64,000 nucleotides of DNA from an uncultured Verrucomicrobiae bacterium (GCA_963702845.1 OY969763.1:4256001-4320000); one strand, 5' to 3'. Positions 21,561 to 31,378 are shown, counted from the first letter of the stretch. A program made the numbers and translations. The notes: generated by a model not told the origin, from the letters alone.

Positions 21561-22277
21561 TTACTTTCCCATCAGCCGCGAAACGGTCGCCTCCGCCGCG
21601 CCGGCCACACTCGTTTTATTTTGGGCGTCGACTGTTCCACGCAATTGCCCGTGACGATGAGCAAAAAACCAGCCGCCAACGCTGAGCGCTACAGCGGAAA
21701 GAATCAGCAACTCGTTGCCGACGATCAGTGACGGCAAGATCATTAGAGCGACTCCCCCGCCGACCATCGCCAGGCTTGTGGTGATGCTGCCGACGATTGC
21801 ACGCAATGGCGGATAAAACAGCGAAGCCAGGCCAAACAAAAACAAGCCGAGCCCAACCCACACGACACCTTTCAAGCTCGCGAGCTTCGCACCGAATTCC
21901 CGCGCCGTATCCTTTTGCGCCGCACCAATCATCGTGCCCGCTTTTTCAATGACACGCGTTTTTTGCACCGTCGGCGCGGACAGCACGATCGTTTTCTCCT
22001 GCTTCACCGGCTCACCACCAGCCTGCGCTGCAGGCGTGACAATGATCTCCTGCACCCTGCTCTGCGCCGGGATCGGCAACTCAGTTTCCATCGTGCGCTC
22101 AAAATTCTGAGTGGCGCTTTGCGCCGGATTCTCGGGCTGCTTCAAATCCGCGACAAACTCGCGCGCTCCGTTTGTCGACACATTCGATTGGATGCGCGCC
22201 ACACCGGGCTTAAGCGGTTTAACTGTGCCGCAGGCGACAAGCGCCAGCGCGGCGAACAATATAATCAATCTTCTCAT
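21561..22277 (-). CDS. Phage-encoded membrane lipoprotein (3 C-terminal TM segments)
   Basis: MRRLIILFAALALVAC lipobox; GGAG RBS; hydrophobic C-terminus. Confidence 0.65.
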   Translation of the reverse strand: MRRLIILFAALALVACGTVKPLKPGVARIQSNVSTNGAREFVADLKQPENPAQSATQNFERTMETELPIPAQSRVQEIIVTPAAQAGGEPVKQEKTIVLSAPTVQKTRVIEKAGTMIGAAQKDTAREFGAKLASLKGVVWVGLGLFLFGLASLFYPPLRAIVGSITTSLAMVGGGVALMILPSLIVGNELLILSAVALSVGGWFFAHRHGQLRGTVDAQNKTSVAGAAEATVSRLMGK

Positions 22278-22287
22278 ACTCTCCTTT

Positions 22288-22614
22288 TTAATGGCCGGTG
22301 CGGCTCGCACCCTGAAATCTGCGAAGTTCGAAACTGCATTCCTGTAACGCGGCCGTATTACGATCCAGGCAGACGGCAAGTTTCAACGCCGTCTCATTTT
22401 GAGTGTTGATGATTTCCTGCAGCGCGGCGTGGTGTTCATGGCGCAGCTCCTTGTGGTCCGCAATCAAGCTCTGCAATTGCCGCACGAGCCAATAAATCAC
22501 CAGGCCGCACAACAACAGCAGCAGGCAAAACGCCGCCAAAAATAACCACCGGTCATTCATCGCCGCCGCATGATCCACCGCTTTCAAAAATTCAGTTGCG
22601 TTCATGTTCGTCAT
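22288..22614 (-). CDS. Single-TM coiled-coil protein, possibly holin-like
   Basis: WLFLAAFCLLLLLCGLVIYWLV then coiled coil; position at end of late operon. Confidence 0.5.
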   Translation of the reverse strand: MTNMNATEFLKAVDHAAAMNDRWLFLAAFCLLLLLCGLVIYWLVRQLQSLIADHKELRHEHHAALQEIINTQNETALKLAVCLDRNTAALQECSFELRRFQGASRTGH

Positions 22615-22623
22615 CGTCTCCTT

Positions 22624-23208
22624 TCAAACTCGGACCAACTGCACCGCACCGCTCGCTCGACCAGGCAAATCGCCGAGCTTTGAGAGAAACGCTTGTGCCG
22701 CTTGAGAAATCGTCGGTCGCGTGTCGACCTTGCTGTATCGAGTCATCGAACTATTGCTGACGCTGCTCGAAGTTGTTCCGTCATTACTCGCGCTTGAGGC
22801 CGACGTCTGGGTCGTGTCAATTCCTTCGCCAAGCGGAGCGCCCGTTCGATCCAAAGCCAACAAGGCGCGCGCCATTTCACACGTAGCGTTAATCAAAGCA
22901 GCGGGAATCTGATCGCTCGCAAACACTGCGATGCCACTCGAATCAGGCGTCGCATCACGATCGGAACAATCAATCCTCGGCCACTGCAAAGCTTGCCCGG
23001 CAACGGTGCGAAGACCATGGAACCGATACTGCGAATCAATGACGCGAGTCGCGAACACGAGCGCTTTTTCCCTGTTCGCCGTCGTCGCGCCAGTCCAGAC
23101 CGTCGCGTACAAATGCCCATCGTGATAAGCATCGCCGTCGGCGGCGCTCGCGTAAGAATTCGCGCTCGCCAAACCGGTCCCATCTTCTTTTACGAGAACA
23201 AGCGCCAT
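22624..23208 (-). CDS. Head-tail adaptor / DnaT-like phage protein
   Basis: MALVLVKEDGTG..ANSYAS..D.Y, QALQWPR, ATCEMA family motifs. Confidence 0.8.
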   Translation of the reverse strand: MALVLVKEDGTGLASANSYASAADGDAYHDGHLYATVWTGATTANREKALVFATRVIDSQYRFHGLRTVAGQALQWPRIDCSDRDATPDSSGIAVFASDQIPAALINATCEMARALLALDRTGAPLGEGIDTTQTSASSASNDGTTSSSVSNSSMTRYSKVDTRPTISQAAQAFLSKLGDLPGRASGAVQLVRV

Positions 23209-23209
23209 A

Positions 23210-23527
23210 TTATCTATCCGGTAGCGTCACAATCTGTTTCAACCCAAGCCCCGCAATCGTGCGTTGCGGAAAGCCGGGATCCGTTGCGCCGTCGTAGTCC
23301 ACAACAACGGCATCAGGAAAAATCGCTTTGGCAGCAAGCAGCCGCTCAGGTCCCGTTCGAAAAAACAAAGCCGAGCACCAATAGTGCGTCGCCGGTGGCT
23401 TGCCGGTCGCAGACAAACCAATCGAAAACGTTTTCTCACCGCCATCGGAATCAAATTCTGATTTCGACAGAGCATTTGCTTGCGACTGATCCGCAGCGGG
23501 AATGATCACGAGATAGCGCACGCTCAT
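23210..23527 (-). CDS. Phage hypothetical protein
   Basis: Tightly coupled in operon; LSATGKPPATHYWCS. Confidence 0.6.
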   Translation of the reverse strand: MSVRYLVIIPAADQSQANALSKSEFDSDGGEKTFSIGLSATGKPPATHYWCSALFFRTGPERLLAAKAIFPDAVVVDYDGATDPGFPQRTIAGLGLKQIVTLPDR

Positions 23528-24279
23528 AACTTCAAGTAGTTGTATTCCTCCTGGAAATACGCGCGCACGCCGGCCGCCTCATCGTCCGAGAGAAAACGAT
23601 CGTAAATAAGAATCTCCGCACAATCGCAATTGCCCGGATAGCCGTTGCTGCCCGATGCTCCCAACATCACTTGATAAGGCACCCCCGACCCGCCGCCACT
23701 CATCCCAACCTGCACGCCGTTCAAACAAATATTGATTGGGCTGCTCCCAGGAACCACGCGCGCCTCGACCAAATAAAAATCCGAATCATTGACAGATGCG
23801 GCTGCGCTCCATCCTTCGAAATAACAAAGCATCTGCCCATTGATATTGCCCATGGTCCAGTCGGCTGAAGCGGACGACAGAATCGCGCCGCTAAACACAT
23901 CGGCATCGGCCAACCTCCACAACGTGAAAATCGAAAATGCACCAGCAATTACGACCGGCGTTTCCATCCCATCATCGACCGTGTCGAATCGCGCAACTGC
24001 AAACGTCTTTCCCGCGAACGTCACAGTCTGAAAAGTCGGCTGTTGCGAAACCGTGATTTGCGAAACGTCATTTGCGTTGCCGCTCAGATCAGGCCAGAAC
24101 GCAATCGAATCATCATCACCCAAAGCCAGCGTGCTCGCTTTCAAACGCAACACGCAATCACCCGGCACATTCGCCAGCGCTGGCCCGCCCGCCGCCAAAG
24201 AATTGCGACGACGCCGACGCTGCTGCTGCATCGCAAACCACACGGCGGCTTTGGCCGGAACTGGAGACGCATCAATCAT
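23524..24279 (-). CDS. LamG/concanavalin-like domain virion protein
   Basis: WPDLSGNAND..Q..QPTF, FD..DD, AEILIYDRFLSD..VRAYF. Confidence 0.7.
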   Translation of the reverse strand: MIDASPVPAKAAVWFAMQQQRRRRRNSLAAGGPALANVPGDCVLRLKASTLALGDDDSIAFWPDLSGNANDVSQITVSQQPTFQTVTFAGKTFAVARFDTVDDGMETPVVIAGAFSIFTLWRLADADVFSGAILSSASADWTMGNINGQMLCYFEGWSAAASVNDSDFYLVEARVVPGSSPINICLNGVQVGMSGGGSGVPYQVMLGASGSNGYPGNCDCAEILIYDRFLSDDEAAGVRAYFQEEYNYLKL

Positions 24280-24457
24280 CTGAGGTCGTCGGCGGGGCAT
24301 CTGTTTTCGTTTCAGGTTTCGCCAGTTGCGTAGGTGCGACAGGCGCGGCAACTTTCGCCGGCACGACCGCAGGAGCAGCCGTGCCGGCATCAGTAGGAAT
24401 CAGTGGACGGCGAACCCGCCGGATAATCGGATACAATTGGTCACGAGCCGGGTTCAT
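24272..24457 (-). CDS. Small Pro/Ala-rich phage protein
   Basis: Overlapping start/stop coupling with both neighbours. Confidence 0.5.
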   Translation of the reverse strand: MNPARDQLYPIIRRVRRPLIPTDAGTAAPAVVPAKVAAPVAPTQLAKPETKTDAPPTTSDD

Positions 24458-24681
24458 ATGGCGTTCGCTCCAATCGCAACCTGCTTCCAATTCGTGCCGT
24501 CGGAAATTGCGAGGCACGCCACAGAACCAGTTCCGCCAGCGCTCAAATAAATCATGCGTCGCGGAAACTTCGCGGCAGTAATGCCAGCAGCGTTCGCAGC
24601 GGCAACATTTGTGAACGTCGGGATCTGAATGACCTCACCCGACCGAATCTTTTCAGAACCCCAGGGAATCAGCTTGCCCAT
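24454..24681 (-). CDS. Small virion (head decoration/fibre-like) protein
   Basis: GAAAGGA RBS; LAISDGTNWKQV; immediately after capsid gene. Confidence 0.55.
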   Translation of the reverse strand: MGKLIPWGSEKIRSGEVIQIPTFTNVAAANAAGITAAKFPRRMIYLSAGGTGSVACLAISDGTNWKQVAIGANAI

Positions 24682-24751
24682 AAAATTTTCCTTTCTATTG
24701 GGGGAGCGCCACCCCGACACCATTTGGTGTGCGGGGTCGGCGCCCGGTTTG

Positions 24752-25762
24752 TTAATTGTTGTGAGTCACCGCGACGATGCGGACGTTTTTGTTTTCCCAA
24801 ACGCGGGTCCAGTTCGCGCCGGTTTCCAATTCGGCATTCGTGGGCGAATCGCCAGCAACAGAAGCGCTGGTAAACTTCACGCCACGCGGATGCAGAAGAT
24901 ACCGACGCCGATTGATCAGAATCGTATCGCTATCCAACGGAGCACGCGCAATCTCGACGCCTTCAGTGCCGATACCGCCTTGCAGCGGCGTCGAATCCAG
25001 TTTCGACGAGCCTTTCGCAAACGCGCCCTGGCCAAACAAGTAGGTCGTGTAGACCGTGCCATCAGTCGTGCCAGCCCGAGTGGGCAAGTTGTCATCGACA
25101 ACAACACGCCGACCTTGGAACACGCGCAAGAGCGGCTTGCCCTCGCTGTCCGGGATGAAGTCGATCAAGTCGAGCTTGCGCAACGCAGCTTCAGTTGCCG
25201 AGTGCATCGCAACGGCAGTGAGTCGATCAGCACGATCGCCCAACTTCGCGCAAGCATCCACGAACGTCGCACCAGTCAACTTCGTCGACGAAGCAGCGCC
25301 AGCCGCCGACTCCGAATGAATCGCGAGCAAATTGCCCGCCATCGAACCTGCCGCGAACATGCCCTTGAGACACGACACGACGAGGCCTTCATCCGTGCGC
25401 GCCCAATACTGCCCGACCAGGTCCACGATCGCCTGCATCACATCATCGCCCGAAATCACCTTTGCCAGGTGATTCACAGACCAAACCTGCGCATCGTTAT
25501 GAATGCGCGCGACATCTTGATCAGTGCCGATTTTATTAACCGTGAGCGGTGCCGAATCATTCAGCAACTGCCGCGTTGCCGTCAGGTCTTTCCAAAACGG
25601 CATCTTAACTTCGCGCCCACCTTCGGCCGCGATTGCATCGAACTCAGGCGATGCCTCGACAATACCGCACTCACCGAACGCCGCTAATTCAGCCGTGCGC
25701 TCGATTGCATATTTTTCAAACTCTGTGGGGATGATAATGTCCGCCACTGCTGTTTTTGCCAT
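24752..25762 (-). CDS. Major capsid protein
   Basis: DIIIPTEFEKY, GGREVKMPFWKDL, MHSAT..LRK, GRRVVVDD, RRRYLLHPRG, SPTNAELETGANWTRV. Confidence 0.9.
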   Translation of the reverse strand: MAKTAVADIIIPTEFEKYAIERTAELAAFGECGIVEASPEFDAIAAEGGREVKMPFWKDLTATRQLLNDSAPLTVNKIGTDQDVARIHNDAQVWSVNHLAKVISGDDVMQAIVDLVGQYWARTDEGLVVSCLKGMFAAGSMAGNLLAIHSESAAGAASSTKLTGATFVDACAKLGDRADRLTAVAMHSATEAALRKLDLIDFIPDSEGKPLLRVFQGRRVVVDDNLPTRAGTTDGTVYTTYLFGQGAFAKGSSKLDSTPLQGGIGTEGVEIARAPLDSDTILINRRRYLLHPRGVKFTSASVAGDSPTNAELETGANWTRVWENKNVRIVAVTHNN

Positions 25763-25837
25763 AAACGTTTTTTCTCCGGTTTATCCTTCATTACGAAGGG
25801 GGTTAAGATCCGTGCGCGAAGCGCCTTGGCCGGCACG

Positions 25838-26650
25838 CTAGTGCCCCGACGCCTGTAAGCGCGCGGCGAGTTGCGGATCAGTTTTTTGCAGTCTCATTTG
25901 CTCCGTCAAATTCCAGCTTTCCTTGCGGAAGGGATTTTTGACGGACCGACCTTGTCGTGAGCCAGCGCCTCCACCGGAAGCGTCGCCAGCGGCACCGCCA
26001 CCAGCATTGGATTCGAACAAGTGAGGAGCGTCGGAAACTTGCGAATCCACCCACTCCTCTAAAGTCATCGGCGTCACGCCATCCTTGCCGTAACGCACAG
26101 TCTGGCCATCAGCCTCGAATGCGCGCGGCGCACCGTTCACCAACTTGAAAACATTTCGCGCGCGTGCGGTGATGTCCGTAAGCGCAGTTGCACGCAGCCC
26201 TCTCTTTGTCGCAGCGCCAACCACACCTTGATCAATCTGAATCGCAGTGAGCCGAGCATTAAGGGAATCACGCTCCGAAGTGAGAGTGGTGAGTTGCTTG
26301 TCCCAATCCGCTTTCAAACCCTTCACACGATTTTCAACAACCTTCTCCAACTCACCCGCCTTGAGTTGCTGCGCTTCTTCGAGTTGGCGTTTTTCGTCAG
26401 CGAGCTTCCGGAACTCATCCGGATCAATCCCGTCGAATCGGGTCTTTTGCTCTTCGATCTGTTTCAGCAACGCCAAATTGCTCTGGCGAAACTCATCCAG
26501 CCGGGCTTTGAGGGCATCGTGGCCGTGTGCTAACACTTTGTCGGCATCGCCGTCGGCTTCCAAAACCCAAGCGCCGTCGCGCTCGACATAATGCGCAGCC
26601 AACTCAGCCGGAATTTCGCTCTTCGAATTAAACTTAAACTTCAGTGCCAT
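25838..26650 (-). CDS. Capsid scaffolding protein
   Basis: Coiled coil, APHLFESNAGGGA, KNPFRKESWNLTEQ; between portal and capsid. Confidence 0.8.
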   Translation of the reverse strand: MALKFKFNSKSEIPAELAAHYVERDGAWVLEADGDADKVLAHGHDALKARLDEFRQSNLALLKQIEEQKTRFDGIDPDEFRKLADEKRQLEEAQQLKAGELEKVVENRVKGLKADWDKQLTTLTSERDSLNARLTAIQIDQGVVGAATKRGLRATALTDITARARNVFKLVNGAPRAFEADGQTVRYGKDGVTPMTLEEWVDSQVSDAPHLFESNAGGGAAGDASGGGAGSRQGRSVKNPFRKESWNLTEQMRLQKTDPQLAARLQASGH

Positions 26651-26662
26651 AATCGTTCGTAG

Positions 26663-28360
26663 TTATGCCGCAATCGGTTGGTTCGTCGGCACAGCAGCAG
26701 CGGCAGATGCCGGAGCCGACGTTTGTCTTGGTTTTTGCCCCGGGTCGCTGGGACCGGAATCGGAAGTGCGACTCGCACCGCTGGGACCGGATTGGGAACC
26801 GCGACTCGAGGTGATGAGCGCCACCTCGTCTTCATTCGAGCGCCCATCCGGCAAAATTTCTCCACGCCGGAAAAGCTCCAGCATCGTGTCCTGGCTGATT
26901 GCACCCGCTTGCCATGCAGCGACGATCTCGCGCAGCTCATTACTATCCATCCCGGCCGTCGTGAAATCCGTGTTCAGCGACATCACAACAACGTTGTCAG
27001 TCAGCGCTTCGGGAGTTTCTTCGGTGGAATTCCACCAGTAAACCCAGCGCAAAACCTGCGTCAGCGACTCGCTCAAACTCGTCGCCACATTCGCCAGCAC
27101 GCTGTTCTCACCGCTCTGCCGCAGCTCGATCGCTTGCGCCGTTTCACCCACGCGCTTCTGCGACTCCAACAATCGCGAACCAAGCACAGCCAAAAGCTTT
27201 TCATCACGATCCATCGCGCGCTCGAAAGTGGTGAGCCCTTGGCCCGTAAATTCCAGGAAGCCAGCAGTTGCCCCCGGCGCTTCCGAATGCCAGGCAGTGC
27301 TTGAACCGATGCGCAGCGGCTCACTTTTATCGAAACCACTCACCCACGCCGTCGGCAATGCGGTAAAATGCATGCCGTGCTTGTAATCGGCATTGAGCCG
27401 GTAGTGATCCAGATTCACTGCGATCAAATCAGTCAGCGGCAACTTATCGACAGCCGGCAAAGAATTGCGCGGTCCATGAAAAACAAACGGGATCAGCGGC
27501 AGCGGTTTACCAAGGCGTAGAGGCGTGCGCGTTTCAACCAAGGTCCATTCAGCCTTGCTGCCTTTTTTCGACGCAGAGCCTTGGCCGCGTGCTAACGCCT
27601 GCCAGATTTCAACTTGATACGCGAACGAAGCCTTCCGTGAATTCGGGTCGCGGGTCGTGGAACGACCAAGCTCTTGTGTTGTTCCAATCTCAGGACCGGA
27701 ATCGGAGGTGCGACTCGCACTCGCACTGCGGACCAACTTGAGCACACGAATCTGCTCCACAACCTCAGGAGCAAATTCATCTACGCCAACGCCGCCGGCT
27801 GCAATGTGGCCGTGTGCTAACACTTCCGACAACACGATCAACGTTGGCAAGTTGCGACCATTTACACGTTCCACTCGCCAATTGATGATTTGCTCAGCCT
27901 GATACAGCGAGACATAGGCGCGGTTTTCAAAATCCCCTTCCCAATCAACCAACGTCCCGGCTCGGCCTACGCCGATAACCTCAGTGACCAAATCCTTTGC
28001 GTAGCCAGTCAGCGACGTGCCCAGCATATCGCAGTCGTTAACGAACTGCCCGAGCGCGGAAGCGAGCGCAGATGGAGCCCCTCCGGATGGTGCCCGTCCG
28101 GAAGGACCTTCAGGAATTTTGACAAAAGGCGCGCGACGAAATATTAACCCGCTGTAGCCATCGAGCGTTCGGCCCGTCGCATTGAAGAACGAAGCGCGAT
28201 CGCGATAAGCTTTGAATTCGTCATCCGATTGCGAATCCAACTTTGGCAAATAACGCTCGCCCGCAGCTTTGACGGCATCCTCACCAGCCAAAATATCGCG
28301 CGCACGAATCCATGCGGATACGCTTGCGTCATATTCGATGTGTGTAGAGTTAACCGGCAC
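26663..28360 (-). CDS. Portal protein (DUF4055-type)
   Basis: YLPKL..Y..RASFFNATGRT, EQIINWR, IPFVF, NLDHYRLNADY, ETAQA; probable GTG start at 28360. Confidence 0.85.
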   Translation of the reverse strand: MPVNSTHIEYDASVSAWIRARDILAGEDAVKAAGERYLPKLDSQSDDEFKAYRDRASFFNATGRTLDGYSGLIFRRAPFVKIPEGPSGRAPSGGAPSALASALGQFVNDCDMLGTSLTGYAKDLVTEVIGVGRAGTLVDWEGDFENRAYVSLYQAEQIINWRVERVNGRNLPTLIVLSEVLAHGHIAAGGVGVDEFAPEVVEQIRVLKLVRSASASRTSDSGPEIGTTQELGRSTTRDPNSRKASFAYQVEIWQALARGQGSASKKGSKAEWTLVETRTPLRLGKPLPLIPFVFHGPRNSLPAVDKLPLTDLIAVNLDHYRLNADYKHGMHFTALPTAWVSGFDKSEPLRIGSSTAWHSEAPGATAGFLEFTGQGLTTFERAMDRDEKLLAVLGSRLLESQKRVGETAQAIELRQSGENSVLANVATSLSESLTQVLRWVYWWNSTEETPEALTDNVVVMSLNTDFTTAGMDSNELREIVAAWQAGAISQDTMLELFRRGEILPDGRSNEDEVALITSSRGSQSGPSGASRTSDSGPSDPGQKPRQTSAPASAAAAVPTNQPIAA

Positions 28361-28657
28361 GTGCGCATTTGTAGCACACGTTTTTCCGAAAGCTTTTGAA
28401 GGCAACTAGACGACACGAACCAACGCGAATCTCCGTACACTCTTCGCGAACCAACGCGAAAATTTTTGGCGAAAAAAAGTTTTGACAGGGTTTCAGACAA
28501 CCCCAAAGCGGGTTGAAGCATCCAGCCCAGGTGTTGAGGAGGGATGCGGGGCTCTACCCTGGGTAACCCGCCTCAACCGCAGATTCACTTTGCCGAAGGC
28601 GCGACGAAGGAGTTAAAAACCCATCTTCAGCAAGAGCCGCAACCTGCGCTAAAACGC

Positions 28658-28709
28658 TTGTTCGCGGATTAAAAATATGCGCACTGTTGGCGCAGATTAA
28701 TTGTTCGGT
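28658..28709 (+). repeat. attI-like repeat type A, copy 1 of 11
   Basis: Consensus TTGTTCGCGGATTAAAAAYATGCGAACWGTTGTCGCAKATTAATT-GTTRRRY; copies start at 28658, 29175, 30412, 30807, 32551, 38672 (partial), 53704, 54134, 62192, 62758 (partial), 63095. Confidence 0.8.
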
Positions 28710-28721
28710 GAAGGAGATCCT

Positions 28722-29051
28722 ATGAAGAAAATCTTGCTGTCTGTTTCGTTGATCGCCATGTGCATCTTGATGATCGCGGCCGAGTCTACGCAATCCACAG
28801 TCGACGAGAAGACCGCTCGGAAGCTGGCGGCTGAGCAGTATAATCAATTGTTCCTCGGTGCGTATTTGCTTCTAGGCTCGAACTATATTCAGTTTCCAAA
28901 GCTCGACCCAACATCCTTCGACACGGTTAAGGTCAAAGATGGATGCTGGCAGGTGGTTATGGATCCACCACAAGGCTGGTATGTCGATTCGAAGGTGTCG
29001 CTGGATGGTAAGTGGGTACAAATCACCCGTGCTGGTTTCTCTCCGGATTGA
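28722..29051 (+). CDS. Cassette-like secreted hypothetical protein
   Basis: AAGGAG RBS right after type A repeat; signal peptide. Confidence 0.65.
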   Translation: MKKILLSVSLIAMCILMIAAESTQSTVDEKTARKLAAEQYNQLFLGAYLLLGSNYIQFPKLDPTSFDTVKVKDGCWQVVMDPPQGWYVDSKVSLDGKWVQITRAGFSPD

Positions 29052-29236
29052 GACGACAAATTTCACGCGGGGACTGCGGCGGCAACGAAGGCGTTCTCGG
29101 TGGATGCGGGTTTCGGCACCACCACCGTCTTCATGACCTCCATCGCGCCAAACCTGCGCGCCACCTTTAAAACATTGTTCGCGGATTAAAAATATGCGAA
29201 CTGTTGGCGGATGTTAACTGGTAGACCTGCGCTAGC

Positions 29237-29782
29237 ATGAAGAAAGCGATTCCATTCGTTGCCTTGATCGTTGCTGGCATCTGCATGGTGGTAGCCGTTT
29301 ACTTTTGCCACTTCTATTACACCCGCGAATTGGAGAGCCGCCTCAATTACTTCGACCACCGGCTTGCCACTCTCGAAGCTCACAAGTCTCGACAGCTTAC
29401 CCCAGTCCGCGTTTGGGCAGTGATTTCCACCAGTGACAAGCCAGCCGACGAGGGTCTTCGGTTTTATCTTTCTTCGGAGAAGCACCGGGACGATTTCTTC
29501 GAGGCCATTGGCGCGAAAGGCGGCCCTCTGGTTCGACCAGAGCTTCGCTTGCCCGCTGGCTCGATCACCAACTGTACGTATGATATTCAGGTTGGGAGCC
29601 AGTTTGGTATTGTGGCTGATGCCTGGCTGTCGCACGCCGCGCCATATCAGGATTTGGCCGCATTCGACGAGTTTCGCGTCTACTCTCCGAATAGGACGAA
29701 CATCGTGAGACTAATTGCACGACCCAAACCCGGTGCTTCCGTCCAGATGCGGTTTAATATTGTGCTGTTGTGTGAGCAGTAA
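29237..29782 (+). CDS. Cassette-like membrane-anchored hypothetical protein
   Basis: Starts 11 bp after type A repeat; N-terminal TM. Confidence 0.65.
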   Translation: MKKAIPFVALIVAGICMVVAVYFCHFYYTRELESRLNYFDHRLATLEAHKSRQLTPVRVWAVISTSDKPADEGLRFYLSSEKHRDDFFEAIGAKGGPLVRPELRLPAGSITNCTYDIQVGSQFGIVADAWLSHAAPYQDLAAFDEFRVYSPNRTNIVRLIARPKPGASVQMRFNIVLLCEQ

Positions 29783-29794
29783 TTTGACGACGGA

Positions 29795-29953
29795 TCAGCT
29801 CGTCCATTTCCAATCGCGGATCTCCGGCATGTCGTCGCCGTGCTCGCGGATGTAATGTTTGTGTTCCATGAGTTTGTTTTGGATGGCCTGTTTGGCGTAG
29901 GCGGCCCGCGCGCCCAGTTGCGGCAGGCGGTCGATCACGTCGGCGAAGAGATG
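29795..29953 (-). pseudogene. xfp: 3'-terminal fragment of phosphoketolase (xfp)
   Basis: HLFADVIDRLPQLGARAAYAKQAIQNKLMEHKHYIREHGDDMPEIRDWKW matches the phosphoketolase C-terminus. Confidence 0.8.
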
Positions 29954-30007
29954 CGTTTTGTTGCGCTTGATTCGCAGCGGCAGCAGAACAATAGTCTGCT
30001 CAACCAA

Positions 30008-30070
30008 TATGAACCAACCGTTCGTATATCAAAATGACCGCGATACCCCGTCGCATAATCATTGTTAGGC
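30008..30070 (+). repeat. attI-like repeat type B, copy 1 of 5
   Basis: TATGAACCAACCGTTCGTATATCAAAATNACCGCGAYACCCCGTCGCATAATCATT-GTTRRR; copies start at 30008, 31302, 50664, 54816, 55589, with GTT always 56 nt downstream. Confidence 0.8.
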
Positions 30071-30082
30071 GGATTTCAAGTT

Positions 30083-30382
30083 ATGCGCTTTATCGGATAC
30101 GTTTTGCTGTTAGTTGGTTTTTTGTGGCTGGTTGTTTGGTGCGCTGGCTCGGTTGTGCCGTTGATTCGGAATATCGGGATTGGACATTTCAAGCAGTATT
30201 CTCCCACAAAGACATATTCTGGCAGTGAAGTTTGCGATGGGATTCGTAGTGCGCTCATTGAGTATCAGGACAATGCGCACGGAGTTGTTTTGCCAGCCAC
30301 GCTAATGCTGGGTGGCGGAGTTTTGCTGGATTTAGCTGGCCGCCGGAAAATCAAACAAGGAGATGAGAAGCGATCCGCCTAA
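30083..30382 (+). CDS. Integron cassette membrane protein
   Basis: Bounded by GTTAGGC (30064) and GCCTAAC (30377), which contains the stop codon. Confidence 0.7.
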   Translation: MRFIGYVLLLVGFLWLVVWCAGSVVPLIRNIGIGHFKQYSPTKTYSGSEVCDGIRSALIEYQDNAHGVVLPATLMLGGGVLLDLAGRRKIKQGDEKRSA

Positions 30383-30477
30383 CCATGCGCGGCGCGCCAC
30401 CTTTAAAACCCTTGTTCGCGTCTTAAAAATATGCGAACTGTGGTCGTGTATTAATTGTAGGTTGTTGCCGCCCTTTT

Positions 30478-30762
30478 ATGCCAAAGCCAGATCACATTTT
30501 GAGTTTCGCGACGGACACGGACGGCGATCAGTTGTTCATTCACGCCGACGCTAAGGGCTTGGACCATTTGATTCGTTCGCTTACGCATATCCGGAAGAAG
30601 CTCGACGAAAATTATTGTGACCACGACCACCTAATGACTGACGCTTGGGGAGGCAGGGAGCTTTCAGAGCGGAGCATGCCAGACGGCATTCATTTGATTC
30701 ATCACGTCAAGATTTATGGCTGGACTGCAGAGTGGGTCCAGAAACATGGGTTATCGTCCTAA
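30478..30762 (+). CDS. Imm32-like immunity protein (cassette)
   Basis: IHADAKGL..L, HDHLMTDAWGGRELSE; stop lies in TCCTAAC. Confidence 0.7.
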   Translation: MPKPDHILSFATDTDGDQLFIHADAKGLDHLIRSLTHIRKKLDENYCDHDHLMTDAWGGRELSERSMPDGIHLIHHVKIYGWTAEWVQKHGLSS

Positions 30763-30866
30763 CGGATGACGCCCGCGCTGATGGCGTAACACGTCGTTTT
30801 AAACCCTTGTTCGCGGATTAAAAATATGCGAACTGTTGGCGCAGATATAATTATCAAAACAGCAAA

Positions 30867-31181
30867 ATGAAGGTAGCTGAATACATATCCAGGACTGCCG
30901 GTTGGCTTCTGATTGCTGCAGTGCTTGCGATCGGCTTTGGCTTTATGTTTGGCGTGCCACAGTCGGGACTATATCGACGTGTCTTTGATTTCCTTTTTGT
31001 CGACTTGTCCTATGAACTCTTAAAGACTGGCGTCCCACAGTCAATTGTCTCAACTGCAGGACACATTCCGCACTTTACCGTTGTAGGGGTGCTTTTATTC
31101 TTTGTGCTGCCGGCAATTTGTTGTTTCGTTGTAGCCGGGCGACTCCACAGGCAACTTGGGCTAAACGATAAACGCCCGTAA
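30867..31181 (+). CDS. Cassette-like membrane protein
   Basis: Follows type A repeat; two TM segments. Confidence 0.55.
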   Translation: MKVAEYISRTAGWLLIAAVLAIGFGFMFGVPQSGLYRRVFDFLFVDLSYELLKTGVPQSIVSTAGHIPHFTVVGVLLFFVLPAICCFVVAGRLHRQLGLNDKRP

Positions 31182-31378
31182 GAGCGGCGCTACGCGCTCC
31201 ATTTCCAATTGTGGATCTCCGGCATGTCGTCGCCGTGCTCGCGAGCGCGTTTTGTTGCGCTTGATTCGCAGCGGCCGCAGAACAATAGTCTCCTCAACCA
31301 ATATGAACCAACCGTTCGTATATCAAAATCACCGCGACACCCCGTCGCCTAATCATGGTTAGGCCGCTGCGACATATC

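Noticed and set aside
30008..30026. Canonical LexA box in type B repeat
   Set aside because: Spacing is GAAC-N5-GTTC, matching neither GAAC-N4-GTTC nor the TGTTC-N4-GAACA motif; kept only as an unexplained palindrome
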